From Eledone cirrhosa (Eukaryota), in assembly GCA_964016885.1 (NCBI GenBank), contig CAXHJY010000372.1, positions 1 to 64,000 on the forward strand: DNA of 64,000 bases, read 5' to 3'. The first letter of the stretch is position 1; every line of letters starts with the position of its first letter. The notes under the pieces are model-generated. The model saw only the letters and a program-made list of their open reading frames with translations, searched no databases and was not told the origin of the DNA. The position numbers and the translations under genes were made by a program. Below, piece after piece: positions 13,156-30,740 of the stretch.

Positions 13156-13456
13156 ACGGACTATATTTGTAATTTATTTGGATTTTTAAAAAAAGAAAAT
13201 TTTATCTTTAATATGATTGTAGAGAAAAAATATTTCTAGGATTCATATTACATTAGAAAAGAAATTGTATAATTAAAAAAGTCCGACCTATTATTTCCTG
13301 TAATAAGTTTATATTACAGGCTTCGTCAGCACATATATTGCAGTTAATAGAGCATTATATGGGAAACTGCTTATCAGAAAGATTTCATACCGAAACGCCG
13401 CTTTCTAGATTTCTGATATTGAGGAAAGAATATAAGTTATATATATATATATATGT

Positions 13457-13487
<31 letters not shown>

Positions 13488-13692
13488 GTGTTTATATGTG
13501 TGCATATATGTACGTATACGTATATATATGTGTGTGTGTATGTGCGTATGCATGTGCGTATATATGTGTATATGGATGTATTTATATATATATGTATGTA
13601 TGTGTATATGTTCATGCAAATATATATGTGTATAAATGTGAATATATATATATATATATATATTTATATGTATATATGTATGTGTATGGGTG

Positions 13693-13725
<33 letters not shown>

Positions 13726-14014
13726 GTATATATGTATGTGTATGGGTATATATATATATATGAATATGTGTATATATATATATATATATATGTAAATGTG
13801 TGTATATGTGTATACAAATATATATATATATATGTATGGATGTGAATGTATATATATGTGTGTGTGTTTATATATATATGTGTATGTATGTCTGTATATA
13901 ACTATATATATATATGTTTAAATAAGGGAATGCATGTCAGTGCATATATATACCAGAAAAATAATGAATTCGAAACAAAGTAATATAATATTTAATAGAA
14001 TGATACCCTGTTTC

Positions 14015-14064
<50 letters not shown>

Positions 14065-14136
14065 CACACACAAACCACATATGTGTGTGTATATGTGTGT
14101 TCGTTCATTTTCCTGTCTTCCCCTATATTTTTTATT

Positions 14137-14178
<42 letters not shown>

Positions 14179-14193
14179 TACATATATATATAT

Positions 14194-14239
<46 letters not shown>

Positions 14240-14428
14240 GATATATACATTATATATACATATATATATATATACACGATATATACATTATATATACATA
14301 TATATATACACATATATATATGTGTGTATATATATATATATGTCCAGCTCTCCTAAGAGTTTACTACCATTATCTTCCTCATATCTTTCCCGAATGTGTG
14401 TGTATGCCATATTTTCTTATATAGCTCC

Positions 14429-14494
<66 letters not shown>

Positions 14495-14499
14495 ATATA

Positions 14500-14538
<39 letters not shown>

Positions 14539-14764
14539 GTGTGTGTGAGAGAGAGAGAGCCTCACATTAAATGTGGTGTCTTTATTTGATTTATGAAACC
14601 CTACTAAAAATAACACAAGGAAAACCTGTAAGATTTTTTACATATTCATTTCCGTTAGTTTTTGGTTGTTTCTGAAAAATAACTGAAAGTTAATGCAGTG
14701 ATTCCCCATTTAACGGAATTTCACTTAACTTAGATCCATCATTAACAGAAAAATCTTTAGATAA

Positions 14765-15125
14765 ATAATTGTTTCTACTTTTGGCACAAGGCCAGCAATT
14801 ACCCCAGTGTATTACTGCTACTTTATTCTATCGACTCCGTAATAATTGTTTCTACTTTTGGCACAAGGCCAGAAATTATTCCAGTACATTACTGGTACTT
14901 TGTTTCATCTACCCCGTAAGAATGAAAGACAAAGTTAACCTCGGCAGGATTTGAACTCATACCGTAAATGGGCGTAACTCTCTGCTACAAAGCATGGCGT
15001 CCGACTCTCAGGTAACTAATGGTTTCTGATTTCGGCACAGGGACAACAATTTTGGGGAGGGGAAAGTCGATTAAATCGACCCCAGTGCATTACTGGTACT
15101 TTATCTTATCGATCCCGTAAGGATG
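14765..15125 (-). mobile_element. SINE type 1 cluster (duplicated tail plus a second partial copy)
   Basis: Two tandem TTTCTACTTTTGGCACAAGGCCAG tail units, B box at ~14945-14960, second fragment at 15020-15125. Confidence 0.8.
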
Positions 15126-15282
15126 ACAGTAAATGGAGAGAAATAGCAGCTGAAAGGTGACATGAAGAAACTGAAGCTCAAACTGAGTCTATGTGAACAG
15201 CGAGCAAGACGGGAGACTTTCCATTTATAAAGGTTGCCAAGTGGACATTTTCTGCTTTTAATTGCAATCCACATCAACACTG

Positions 15283-15328
<46 letters not shown>

Positions 15329-15331
15329 ACA

Positions 15332-15390
<59 letters not shown>

Positions 15391-15436
15391 CAAAAATATA
15401 TATATTAATATATCTATATATACATATTTATATTTA

Positions 15437-15549
<113 letters not shown>

Positions 15550-15923
15550 TGTATATATATATATACATTTATTTATATATATATAATATATATGTATATA
15601 TATATACATTTATTTATATATATATATAATATATATGTATATATATATACATTTATTTATATATATATATATATTAATATATATATAATATATATGTATA
15701 TATACATATTTATATTTATATATATATATATTAATATATATGTATATATATATATTTACGTATATATTTATATATATACATATATATGTATGTAAAAATA
15801 TACGTAAATATATATATGTACATATTTATTAATATATATACATAAATATATACATATATATATATATATATATATTCATATATACATATTTGTGTATATA
15901 TATATTCATATATACATATTTGC

Positions 15924-15964
<41 letters not shown>

Positions 15965-16119
15965 TATATACATATTTGTGTGTATATATATATATATATA
16001 AATGTAATTACATCCGTTCGTCCGTACGTAGTTATTGATAGAAACGGTGAAATAATGTTTTTCTATTTACACTTGTATTGAATCTACATTGAAAAATTAG
16101 AAGGCAGCGCCTTGAGAAA

Positions 16120-16127
16120 GTTAATAA

Positions 16128-16158
<31 letters not shown>

Positions 16159-16396
16159 GGTGTTAATAACTGTGTGTATGTGTGTGTTAGGGTGTTAATA
16201 ACTGTGTGTGTGAGTGTGTTAGGGTGTTAATAACTGTGTGTGTGTGTGTGTGTGTGTTAGGGTGTTAATAACTGTGTGTGTGAGTGTGTTAGGGTGTTAA
16301 TAACTGTGTGTGTGTGTATGTGTGTGTTAGGGTGTTAATAACTGTGTGTGTGAGTGTGTTAGGGTGTTAATAACTGTGAGTGTGTTAGGATGTTAA
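16120..16396. repeat. Compound minisatellite (GT)n-TTAGGGTGTTAATAACT, ~8 units
   Basis: Constant 17-mer separated by variable GT tracts. Confidence 0.9.
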
Positions 16397-16877
16397 TGAA
16401 GATTTTAAATCTCATCTGTCCCCTGGGTTTCATGGAAATATGAAGAACGCGTTACTCCCCACATCGTCAGCTATATATATATATACGTATGTATATATGT
16501 ATATATATATGTATATGTATGTATGTATATGTATGTATGTATGTATATATATGTATGTATATGTATGTATGTATATATATGTATGTATATGTATGTATGT
16601 ATATATATGTATGTACATGTTTGTATATATATATATGTATATGTATGTATCTATATGTATGTATATATATGTATGTATATGTATGTATATATATGTGTAT
16701 ATATATGTATGTATATATATATGTATATATATGTATATATATATATATATATGTGTATGTGTGTGTGTGTGTATGTATGTATATATATGTTGTACTGTGT
16801 AATAGCTGTAAATACTTCCAAGTAAAATGATATGAAAACAATCACACACACATACATACACTCAGATATATACACTC

Positions 16878-16940
<63 letters not shown>

Positions 16941-16951
16941 ACAAATTTAGA

Positions 16952-17027
16952 ATAGAAATGGGTTCTACTGGACTAGAATTTTTTCATTCGAATGAAACTT
17001 TTCTAGCCCTGTAGAAGCCATTTCTAT
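16952..17027. mobile_element. Family B hairpin element
   Basis: Imperfect palindrome centred on TTCATTCGAATGAA, within (TA)n; homologous to 51570-51664. Confidence 0.7.
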
Positions 17028-17039
17028 ATTATATGTCTG

Positions 17040-17101
<62 letters not shown>

Positions 17102-17435
17102 AGTATGTATATATGTGTGTGTGAGTATGTATATATGTGTGTGTGTATGTATATGTGTGTGTATGTATATATATATATGTGTGTATGTATATATGTGTGT
17201 ATGTATATATATATATGTGTGTGTATGTATGTATATATGTGTGTATGTATATATATATGTGTGTGTATGTATGTATATATGTGTGTATGTATGTATATAT
17301 ATATATGTGTGTGTGTGTATGTATATATATATATGTGTGTGTGTATGTATATATATATGTGTGTGTGTATGTATGTATATATATGTGTGTGTGTGTGTGT
17401 ATGTATATATATATATGTGTATGTGTGTGTGTATG

Positions 17436-17466
<31 letters not shown>

Positions 17467-17473
17467 ATATATA

Positions 17474-17507
<34 letters not shown>

Positions 17508-18883
17508 CATAAACACTCATTACGAATTATCGAAGCGGTGGAAATGTCTGGAATGTGAAAATGTGAACGTCACAAACGCTGAAAAGATCTGCTAACAATC
17601 GATCACAATAGATATTAATTGGATAATTGGATAATTTATACCCAGAGACGGAGAAATGGTAGACAGAGGCGCCAAATCTATGGGTGTATATGTACGTATG
17701 TGTGTATGTATGTATATAGGGCGGAGGAACTCGGCAGAGTTAATGGCCATCCAAATAGTTGGGGTTTTTTTCCACCTGGGCGTGAAAGACCCCCCAGTTG
17801 TTGTGACAACACCTTTCTAAGAGAGGAAACTCTGAAAAAACCTGCGTCTTCTGAAACATCTGATGATGTTGACCAATTCTCCTTTTCGTGTAGTGTTTTC
17901 GACAAGGACACCAGAAGACTCCACTGCTATGGGTAGCCAACTCTGTGCATATGGTAGTAAGTAGGGAGGTGGACCTAGGACCAAGGACACCAGAAGTCGA
18001 TGGTGGTGAGCAGGGAAGTACTCCTAGGTCTAAGGACACCAGAGGTCTCCACTGGTTTCCATATGAGAGACATAAAGCCAGATGTAAACACAGAAGGTTA
18101 GAAGTGGAGAAAACAGAGCAAGATATTTAGTCCAATGTTTTAATAGTTCTGCCACAAGAATATAAATAAAATAAATGAAGAATTTTATTCAAAATTAGAT
18201 TTTTTCCAATTCTCTGAAGAATTCATTTGATATTCCAAGAAAACATTTTGTAACAACTTTTCAATAGACCCTCATAAACAATCTCATACACACACACACA
18301 CACACACACATACACACACATACACACACATATAAACAATCTCGTACACACCCACACTCACACACATATATAAACAATCTCATGCACACACACATAAATA
18401 ATCTCACACACACACACACACACACACACAAAACATCTCATACACACAGTCATGTTTATTACCTCTCACTTTTTCTCTACCTCTCTCTCTCTCTCTACCT
18501 CTCACTCTCTATCTATCTCTCTGTCTACCTCTCTCTATCTCTCTGTCTACCTCTCTCCACCTCTCTCTATCTATCTCTCTGTCTACCTCTCTCTCTCTCT
18601 CTCTCTCTCTTTCTACCACTCCCCCTCTCTTCTTAGTCGTCTTCCCCTTCTTCACTCTCTCCCAATCTTCTTCTCTCCCTCCCCCCTTCACACTCTTTAC
18701 ATCCCCCTCCCTATCCACACGTATCTCCCACTGCCTACAATCGTGTATGCCTCATTGTGTGCACTCGCACGTGTATCTGTGTATATTAGGAAATGGATTA
18801 TGTAATTATGAATACGCACACAGATATTTACACGTATAAGTACGTATGCGCATGCGTGCCTATGTATATAGCTACACATAGTT

Positions 18884-21300
<2,417 letters not shown>

Positions 21301-21509
21301 TGTGTGTGCGTGTGTGTTGTTTATTTTGGGTAGAAAAACATAAACCTGCTGAACACACATTCGTCTTAGATCCGTGTAAAATTTGATTTTGTATTTGTTA
21401 TGTAAACATGTTAACAAGCGCGAGAGGCTGAAGGTGTCCTTCCTGTAGTCGCCATCTTGGACGTATGTACACACCAGCGAATATATTGATATTCAGAAAG
21501 GCTCTTTAA

Positions 21510-21870
21510 CCCTTTGCCATTTACATTACTCTATATATACTATTGTATTTTCACAGTAAAGACTTTACTCACATAATATCTCACATAACATTTACATTAC
21601 TCTATATACACTATTGTATTTTCACAGTAAAGGCTTTACCTCACATAATATCTCACATAACATTTACATTACTCTATATACACTATTGTATTTTCACAGT
21701 AAAGACTTTACCTCACATAATATCTCACATAATATCGAACCTATGAGATTTTGATATTATTATTTTGAAAACAATACCTTAATATCAGTAAGCATGGCCA
21801 GTTATGGCCGGTTTGAACAGAATAGGCGAGACAATTCTGGACGGATATGGCTAGTTTAAATGCTAAAGGG
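21510..21870. mobile_element. piggyBac-type non-autonomous element
   Basis: TTAA at 21506-21509 and 21871-21874; TIRs CCCTTTGCCATTTA / TAAATGCTAAAGGG; three internal ~72-bp units. Confidence 0.85.
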
Positions 21871-22024
21871 TTAAGCAAAGTTTCGGTTTTGATAAATAAC
21901 GGGTTGTAATTTAGGCACAAGGCCAACAATTTTTTATTGGGGGGTGAGGGGAACGTCGATTTAATCAACCCTTGTGTATTACTGCTACTTTATTTTATCG
22001 ACCCTCGTTTAATGAAGTTATCAG

Positions 22025-22196
22025 TAGTTGGACATACAATTGCTGTCAGCCTGTACCCCTCTCAAAGACTGGTTATGTTAATCACCTGAAGTCACACGAA
22101 AGGGTAACCACCCGAAACACCATTCAACAAAGACCTGTCGAAACAACGGGTGTAAGATGTAACAAAGTGTGTAGAACTAGTTCCGGTCTACAAGAG
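22025..22196 (+). mobile_element. Decayed C2H2-like zinc-finger segment, probably a LINE C-terminus
   Basis: YNCCQPVPLSKTGYVNHLKSH...RCNKVCRTSSGL, with incomplete Cys/His ligands and no clear splice context. Confidence 0.45.
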
Positions 22197-22409
22197 AGCG
22201 AGACAGGAAGTGGAGAGGGAGAGACGCTCACGTTGACATGAAGGCCGACAATAATGGAAGACATCTTATGATACACCTACACATATATATACACCAGTGT
22301 GCACACACACACACATGTGCACACACACCAGTGTGTACACAGATATACATTACTACATTAGCAGTCTACAAACAAATACCTCACTGCAGAAACACATGTG
22401 CATACACAC

Positions 22410-23190
<781 letters not shown>

Positions 23191-23356
23191 ATATTCTACA
23201 TTCTTGTTTATATATACCCCCCCCCCCCATCTCCTCTTCCTCATTTTGTTGTTGGTTTCATTTATCTTCGTTCTGCCTTTCCTTCTTTTTCTTCTTTTCT
23301 TCTTCTTTTTCTTGCCCCTCCCCCAAAATTGCTGGCCTTGTGCCTATATAAGAAGC

Positions 23357-23404
<48 letters not shown>

Positions 23405-24109
23405 CATCCTTTTCTTCTTTTTCCTCTTCTATCTCTCTCTCTCCCTTACTTACCCTCTTCCTCTTCACCATCTACAAGCTATCTACTCCCACCTCCCTAT
23501 CTATCTCTCTCTCTCTATCCCTCCATATATCTCTCTTTCTCTATCCCTCCATATCTCTCTCTCTCTCTATCCCTCCCCATCTCTCTCTATCTATCTATCT
23601 ATCTATCTATCTCTATCTCTATCCCTCCATATCTCTCTCTATCTCTCTCTATCTCTCTATATCTATTTCTCTATCCCTCTCTATCCCTCTCTATCCCTCC
23701 CCCTCTCTATCCCTCCCCCTCTCTATCCCTCCCTATCCCTCTCTATCCCTCTCTATCCCTCCCTATCTCTCCCTATCTCTCTATCTCCCTCTATTCCTGC
23801 CCCACCATCTACAAGCTATCTACTACTCCTCTACTTCTCAGTAAATATTTCCCACGAGTGTCTTATATACAGCCAGTGGTTGCCACAACATACTCATATT
23901 ACTCTCCACCCTACAAGCCAGCTATTTCCTTCACTTTATTTTATATTTCTTTAGCTTAGTTTTTTTTTATTAGAATTTGTTTTAATTTATGTAGAGAGAA
24001 TACTTTGCTCACTTCTGTTTGGGATCTTGAATCTGACCCTCGCCCACCTCACCTACCCCGTCCATTTCTCGCCTTCTTCTCCTCCACACACACACACACA
24101 CACCCTCTC

Positions 24110-24148
<39 letters not shown>

Positions 24149-24463
24149 TGCTTTCTCTCTCACACACACCTCTATCTATCTCTCTTTCACTCTGTCTCCC
24201 TTTCTCTCTCTTTTTCTCATATACACACACCCCATCTCTCTGTCTCTCTCTTTCTGTCTCTTATACACACGTGATACACACCTTCTATCTCTCTCTCTCT
24301 ATCTTTCTCTCTCTTTCTCTGACACACACGTGCAAACACACTTACACACACTTTCTCAGTTTCTCTGTCTTACACACGCACACACACAGACACAGGCTTT
24401 CTCTCTCTCTCTCTCTCTATCTATCTCTCTCTCTCTCTTTATAAGACACACTCCAAGCAAAAA

Positions 24464-24512
<49 letters not shown>

Positions 24513-24844
24513 CATACACACACACACACACACATATAAAACAAAACGCATATATATAAATAAAAGTACACACACACACATACATATACATATATATACT
24601 GGATATAAAAAATATAACATTGATATGAATTATTAAAAATAAGTAAAACAAACGGCGGAGCAGAAGACGAAAATATACAAATTATGTAAAACAAACTAAA
24701 CAAGAAGTAAAACCAACCAAATGACAAAGAAAAATAGTGACACACATCTACGGATTCCTGCACACACATATACATACACACATATATATATATACATATA
24801 TATATAAATACACGTATATATATACATATATATATAAATACACG

Positions 24845-24993
<149 letters not shown>

Positions 24994-25019
24994 GTATATA
25001 TATACATATATATATATAG

Positions 25020-25089
<70 letters not shown>

Positions 25090-25449
25090 GATTATATATA
25101 TATATGATTATTTATAGAGATAATTATGGTGATATTCAGTTTCCGTTACTGTAATTTCGATGAAACACGTGTCAGAGTTATGCAATAAATTTTATTTCAA
25201 TTCTTCTGGAATGTCATGTTTTAAATAATAATTATGTAAATTTTTACAATTATATATAAATATAATTTTTTATATACATAATTATATATATATATATATA
25301 TATATAATTATATATATATAACTCAACACAGGATTTCATATCAAAAACCTTGCGAAACAAATTCATATATATATATATATCTGTGAATTTGTTTCACAAG
25401 GTTTTTGATATGAAATTATATATATATATATATATAATTATATAAATAT

Positions 25450-25800
25450 AAATTCAGCGAGAATCGCATTTCGGCGGGTATAAAAAGCGAAACGTAGTCA
25501 TGCTGGCAAGCACTCCAATAGTTAAAAAAACTAGAGTTAAACAATATGTTAAAACGCCATACAAACTGAAAAGTGGTCAAGAAGGCATTAACAACCTAAG
25601 CCAAAAAGCAAATCAAGCTAAACAGGTAAAACAAAATAAATGATAAAAACAGACCTGGACACAAATGGAATTGATGGTAAAATCCAAATGCAGGGTTTCT
25701 ATGACACCTAAATCAAAATACTGTCTGCTTAAAAATTATAAGCTTTTGGTGTAATGATCGAACAAGGAATATCACGTTATCAACAGGTATTTTGCTCTGC
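25450..25800. repeat. Unclassified interspersed repeat, copy 2
   Basis: Homologous to 6695-7075, e.g. AATACTGTCTGCTT and AAGCTTTTGGT.TAATGATCGAACAAG. Confidence 0.75.
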
Positions 25801-25829
25801 AGCCAACTTTGTGAATGACGTAGAGCCTT

Positions 25830-25847
25830 ATATAATTATATATATAT

Positions 25848-25894
<47 letters not shown>

Positions 25895-25904
25895 TATATA
25901 TATA

Positions 25905-25942
<38 letters not shown>

Positions 25943-26536
25943 ATTATATATAATTATATATATATATAATTATATATAATTATATATAATTATATATAAT
26001 TATATATATATATATATAATTATATATATATAATTATATATATATATATATATATAATTATATATATATATAATTATATATATATATATATATAATTATA
26101 TATATATATATATAATTATATATAATTATATATATATATAATTATATATAATTATATATATAATTATATATATATATAATTATATATATATATATATATA
26201 TATAATTATATATAATTATATATATATATATAATTATATATAATTATATATATAATTATATATATATATAATTATATATATATATAATTATATATATATA
26301 TAATTATATAAATATATATATATAATTATATATATATATATATAATTATATATATATAATTATATATAATTATATATATATATAATTATATATATATAAT
26401 TATATATAATTATATATATATATAATTATATATATATATATATATATATTTATAATTATATAAATATATATATAATTATATAAATATATATATATAATTA
26501 TATATATAATTATATAATTATATATAATTATATATA

Positions 26537-26620
<84 letters not shown>
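25830..26620. repeat. Near-pure A/T array, (TA)n punctuated by TAAT
   Basis: Directly visible. Confidence 0.95.
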
Positions 26621-26624
<4 letters not shown>

Positions 26625-26625
<1 letters not shown>

Positions 26626-26735
26626 TGTGTCTGGTTTGTTGAAGAACACGACAGCCTCGAAAACAACTCTGGAAATCGAACCTCTAATTTTACAATCGTT
26701 ATCCGAGCACCGTAATAACTAAGCCACTAAACCAT
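26625..26735 (-). mobile_element. SINE type 2 head, diverged
   Basis: Minus strand TGGCTTAGTTATTACGG...GGTTCGATTTCC...GTGTTCTTCAACAA. Confidence 0.55.
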
Positions 26736-26741
26736 CCCCCA

Positions 26742-26826
<85 letters not shown>

Positions 26827-26924
26827 AAATTAACTAACGTGTCATTTTTTTCTTTATTTTTCTTCTTTTTTTCATTTCTTTTCGTTTCGTTTTTTTTTTC
26901 TCTTTCGCCGAGGAGAGGGTAGTG

Positions 26925-27062
26925 GTGTGTGTGTCTGTGTGTTTGTGTGTGTCTGTATGTGTGTGTATCTGTGTGTGTGTATGTGTTTGTGTGTGTGTAT
27001 GTATATGTGTATATGAGTGTGTGTGTGTATGAGTGTGTGTATGTATGTATATATGTGTCTGA

Positions 27063-27095
<33 letters not shown>

Positions 27096-27143
27096 GATGT
27101 GTGTGTGTGTGTATGTGTATGTGTGTATGTATGTATGTGTGTA

Positions 27144-27174
<31 letters not shown>

Positions 27175-27436
27175 GTGTGTGTGTGTATGTATGTATATAT
27201 GTGTGTGTGTATATGTGTATATATATATGTGTGTGTGTGTGTATGTGTGTATGTATGTATATATGTGTGTATGAGTGTGTGTGATTTATAGATGAAAAAA
27301 TAAATAAAGTAATTGTTTTAAAGTTTAGTGCATTTAATTTAAGCGATGGGACACAGCGCGGATTGTGAAAGAATGCAGTGTTTTATAATTTGCAGTATAA
27401 ACAACACCACGTTCACTTAAATCTCATATGGTTTCT

Positions 27437-27508
<72 letters not shown>

Positions 27509-28550
27509 TGTATGTATGTATGTATGTATGTATGTATGTATGTATGTATGTATGTGTATGTATATATATGTATGTATATATATATATATGTATATATATA
27601 TGTATGTATATATATGTACATATATGTGTATATATGTATATATATATGTATGTATATATATATATATGTATATATATATGTATGTATATATATGTACATA
27701 TATGTGTATATATGTATATATATATGTATGTATATATATATATATGTATATATATATGTATGTATATATATGTACATATATGTGTATATATGTATATATA
27801 TATGTATGTATGTATATATATATATGTATGTATATATATGTATATATATATGTATGTATATATATATGTACATATATGTGTATATATATATATGTGTGTA
27901 TATATGTATGTATATATATATGTACATATATGTGTATATATATATATGTGTGTGTATATATGTATGCATATATATATCTACATATATGTGTGTATGTATA
28001 TATGTACATATATGTAAGTATGTATATATGTATGTGTGTATATATGTATATATATATGTATGTATATATGTATATATATATGTATGTATATATATATATA
28101 TATGTAAGTATGTATATATGTATGTGTGTATATATGTACATATATGTATATATATATGTATGTATATATATATGTATGTATATATATATATATATGTATG
28201 TATATGTATATGTATGTATGTTTATATATGTATATGTATGTATGTGTATATAGGTATATATATATATATATCTTTATATGTATATGTATGTATGTATATA
28301 TATATATGTATGTATGTATATATATATATGTATATATATATATGTATATATATGTATGTTTATATGTATATGTATGTATATGTATGTATTTATGTATATA
28401 TTATATTCATATATGTATTTTTATATGTATATATACATATATATATGTATATATACATATATATATGTATATATATGTGTGTGTGAGTGTAGTTTGGCAC
28501 TATAATGCTGAATATAAACTGCAGAGGTATACATATATGTGTGGGATGCT

Positions 28551-28602
<52 letters not shown>

Positions 28603-28632
28603 CATATGCATACATACGCACACATATAAACG

Positions 28633-28672
<40 letters not shown>
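26925..28672. repeat. (TG)/(TATG)/(TA) compound arrays with a short unique interruption
   Basis: Directly visible. Confidence 0.9.
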
Positions 28673-28673
<1 letters not shown>

Positions 28674-28804
28674 ACACCTCTGCAGTCTCTATCCAGTGAT
28701 ATAATACTAAGCTCAGTTTTGACTTGTATTTGTCATCACTTTTGAAATTATTTTCTTTCTCTCTGTCTATCTATCTATCTATCTATCTCTCTCTCCTCCT
28801 GTCT

Positions 28805-29510
28805 GTCTCCACCCCGGCGATCAGTGGAGACTCCACTTCGTCATTCTATAGAGGGTTGATCCGCAGCAAGTGCGACGACGCGCTCGGTGAAACTCTGGGT
28901 GTAGAGGAACACGAACTGGCCAGTCTGTTCGGTAGGACCTTCCGCCCGAGACCAATGGACAACTTCCAAAAGTCTCTGGCTTGGCAGTGCTACCCAGGAG
29001 CTCTACCACCCTCCTTCAAAAACGAAGGAGAGGCGGTTTTCCTTTGTGTTATGGCTATGGCGAAAGAAGTTGTATGGTGGACGAGGTTAAAAAGGCTGAG
29101 GTCAGACACCTTTCTCTCCGGCCAACAACTGGTCCTTTTTTTTCAAGTACCACTTTAGAAGACGAATCAGGATGGAGAGAGAGGTGCTGTACCCCAGCAA
29201 GTTTTATGAAAGGTGGGTGAAAGTGGCGAGAATGGCCCAAGTGAATGGGCCTTCTCTCTATATCAGCCTGTAGGTTGAGGAAAAAGAGGAGGAGAGGAAA
29301 GGGGTACAAACTCTTCTTACTCCTGGAGATGAGGGTTGCACATTTTTTTTCGCGGTTATGTGTTACCCATATGAACTGTCTCCCTCTATTGGAGAAAATC
29401 GATTAACTTTTAAATTGTATTTGTGATAACATTTTACACGTTTTTATTGTATGTAAACTTCCCCCTTTGTATTTGTCCCCTTCTTTTGTGCCCCTGTGGC
29501 TAATAAAGAA
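28805..29510 (+). mobile_element. L1/Tx1-type LINE, 5'-truncated 3' end
   Basis: MDNFQKSLAWQCYPGALP (start of a zf-RVT-like region), AKEVVWWTR, frameshift in a T-run, then KFYERWVKVARM to a stop at 29271-29273; 3' UTR with AATAAA at 29502; CTAT/CT repeats on both sides. Confidence 0.75.
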
Positions 29511-29832
29511 ACATATCTATCTATCTCCCACTCTTTCTTTCTACCTTTCTTTCTCTGTCTCTCTCACACTAGTTGTTGAAACGGCAAGAGCTCAGCCGTC
29601 GGGTCCCAATTCTTTATAATATAGCCATACTCTACTACCCGAAGTATTGAGTACTCTGTTGAGTAATTGTCTAACCAGTTTCAAAACTGGTTCCATTCTA
29701 ATTTATATATATATATATATATATATATTCATTTATATTTTGTGGTTCACCAAGGGATTCGGACTCAAATACTTTTTTCTATTCTCTGTGTTTATCATAA
29801 TTTCCTTTATTGATTAACTAATTATGCAATCC

Positions 29833-29892
29833 ACACCTGATGATGTCACCAGGATCTTACGTATCCATGCCATGGAAAGATATATATAGTGT
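29833..29892 (+). ncRNA. Degenerate type I hammerhead ribozyme motif
   Basis: ACAC-CTGATGA-[imperfect helix II]-GAAA-GATATATA-TA-GTGT; helix I ACAC/GTGT; helix III mismatched. Confidence 0.5.
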
Positions 29893-29970
29893 TTTTGCAA
29901 CAATTAAACTTTAAAGAGATATCACCAGTCTGGCCTCCTGTTATTTTAATTAAATATAGGTGTATATATA

Positions 29971-30003
<33 letters not shown>

Positions 30004-30120
30004 CCACACACACACATACACGTCAGAAGAAACAGCAAATAATGTAGAAAAAGATAAGACACACATAATTTCAGAGATAATATACATATATATACATATA
30101 TATATATATTATATATATTA

Positions 30121-30159
<39 letters not shown>

Positions 30160-30364
30160 AAAGATGCGCCTTGATTAAACATACATAAATTTATTCACCA
30201 ATGATTTGCTTAGTATGTTTATGTCGACACAGGTGATGCAAATTATATATTAATGCATACCCACCTGTTATACATACATATATTATACACATTGAGATAA
30301 CATACATATGAGTATATGTATATACACGTAGAGAATATATTTACATTACATGTTTTAAAATATT

Positions 30365-30740
30365 TACTGCCCAGAAATAAATATAAACACGTGTTCCCCA
30401 ATAGCTTAATTAGACTCTTCAAGTACCTTCCAAGAAATTTTATGTGGGTTATTAGCCCGGCCCTCTTTTTTTTGGAACTCTCCAAGTAATCTTATGTGGG
30501 ACTCCTTTCTCCTTTAATTGCCAGACTTTTTTTTGCCAGGGTTGTACTGGTTCTCACATCAGGATTCCTGAAGGAGTGGTTGTGTGTGTAAAAACGTTAT
30601 TTAAAACGATCTTGCGCCATACCGATGTATTTTTAATTAATATCATGTGTTGTTGCGTGTAATCCTTACCTCATACACAACAGATTTGATATTTCTGTTG
30701 GGGAAGGGCTGTTCTCTTCAATCCTACAAGAGCAGCTTGG
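30365..30740 (-). mobile_element. Penelope-like element GIY-YIG endonuclease remnant
   Basis: Across frameshifts: CSCR...KSVVYEVRITR...KYIGMAQDRFK*RFYTHNHSFRNPDVRTSTTLAKK-VWQLKEKGVPHKITWRV, giving VVY/YIG/R motifs preceded by a Cys motif. Confidence 0.85.
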
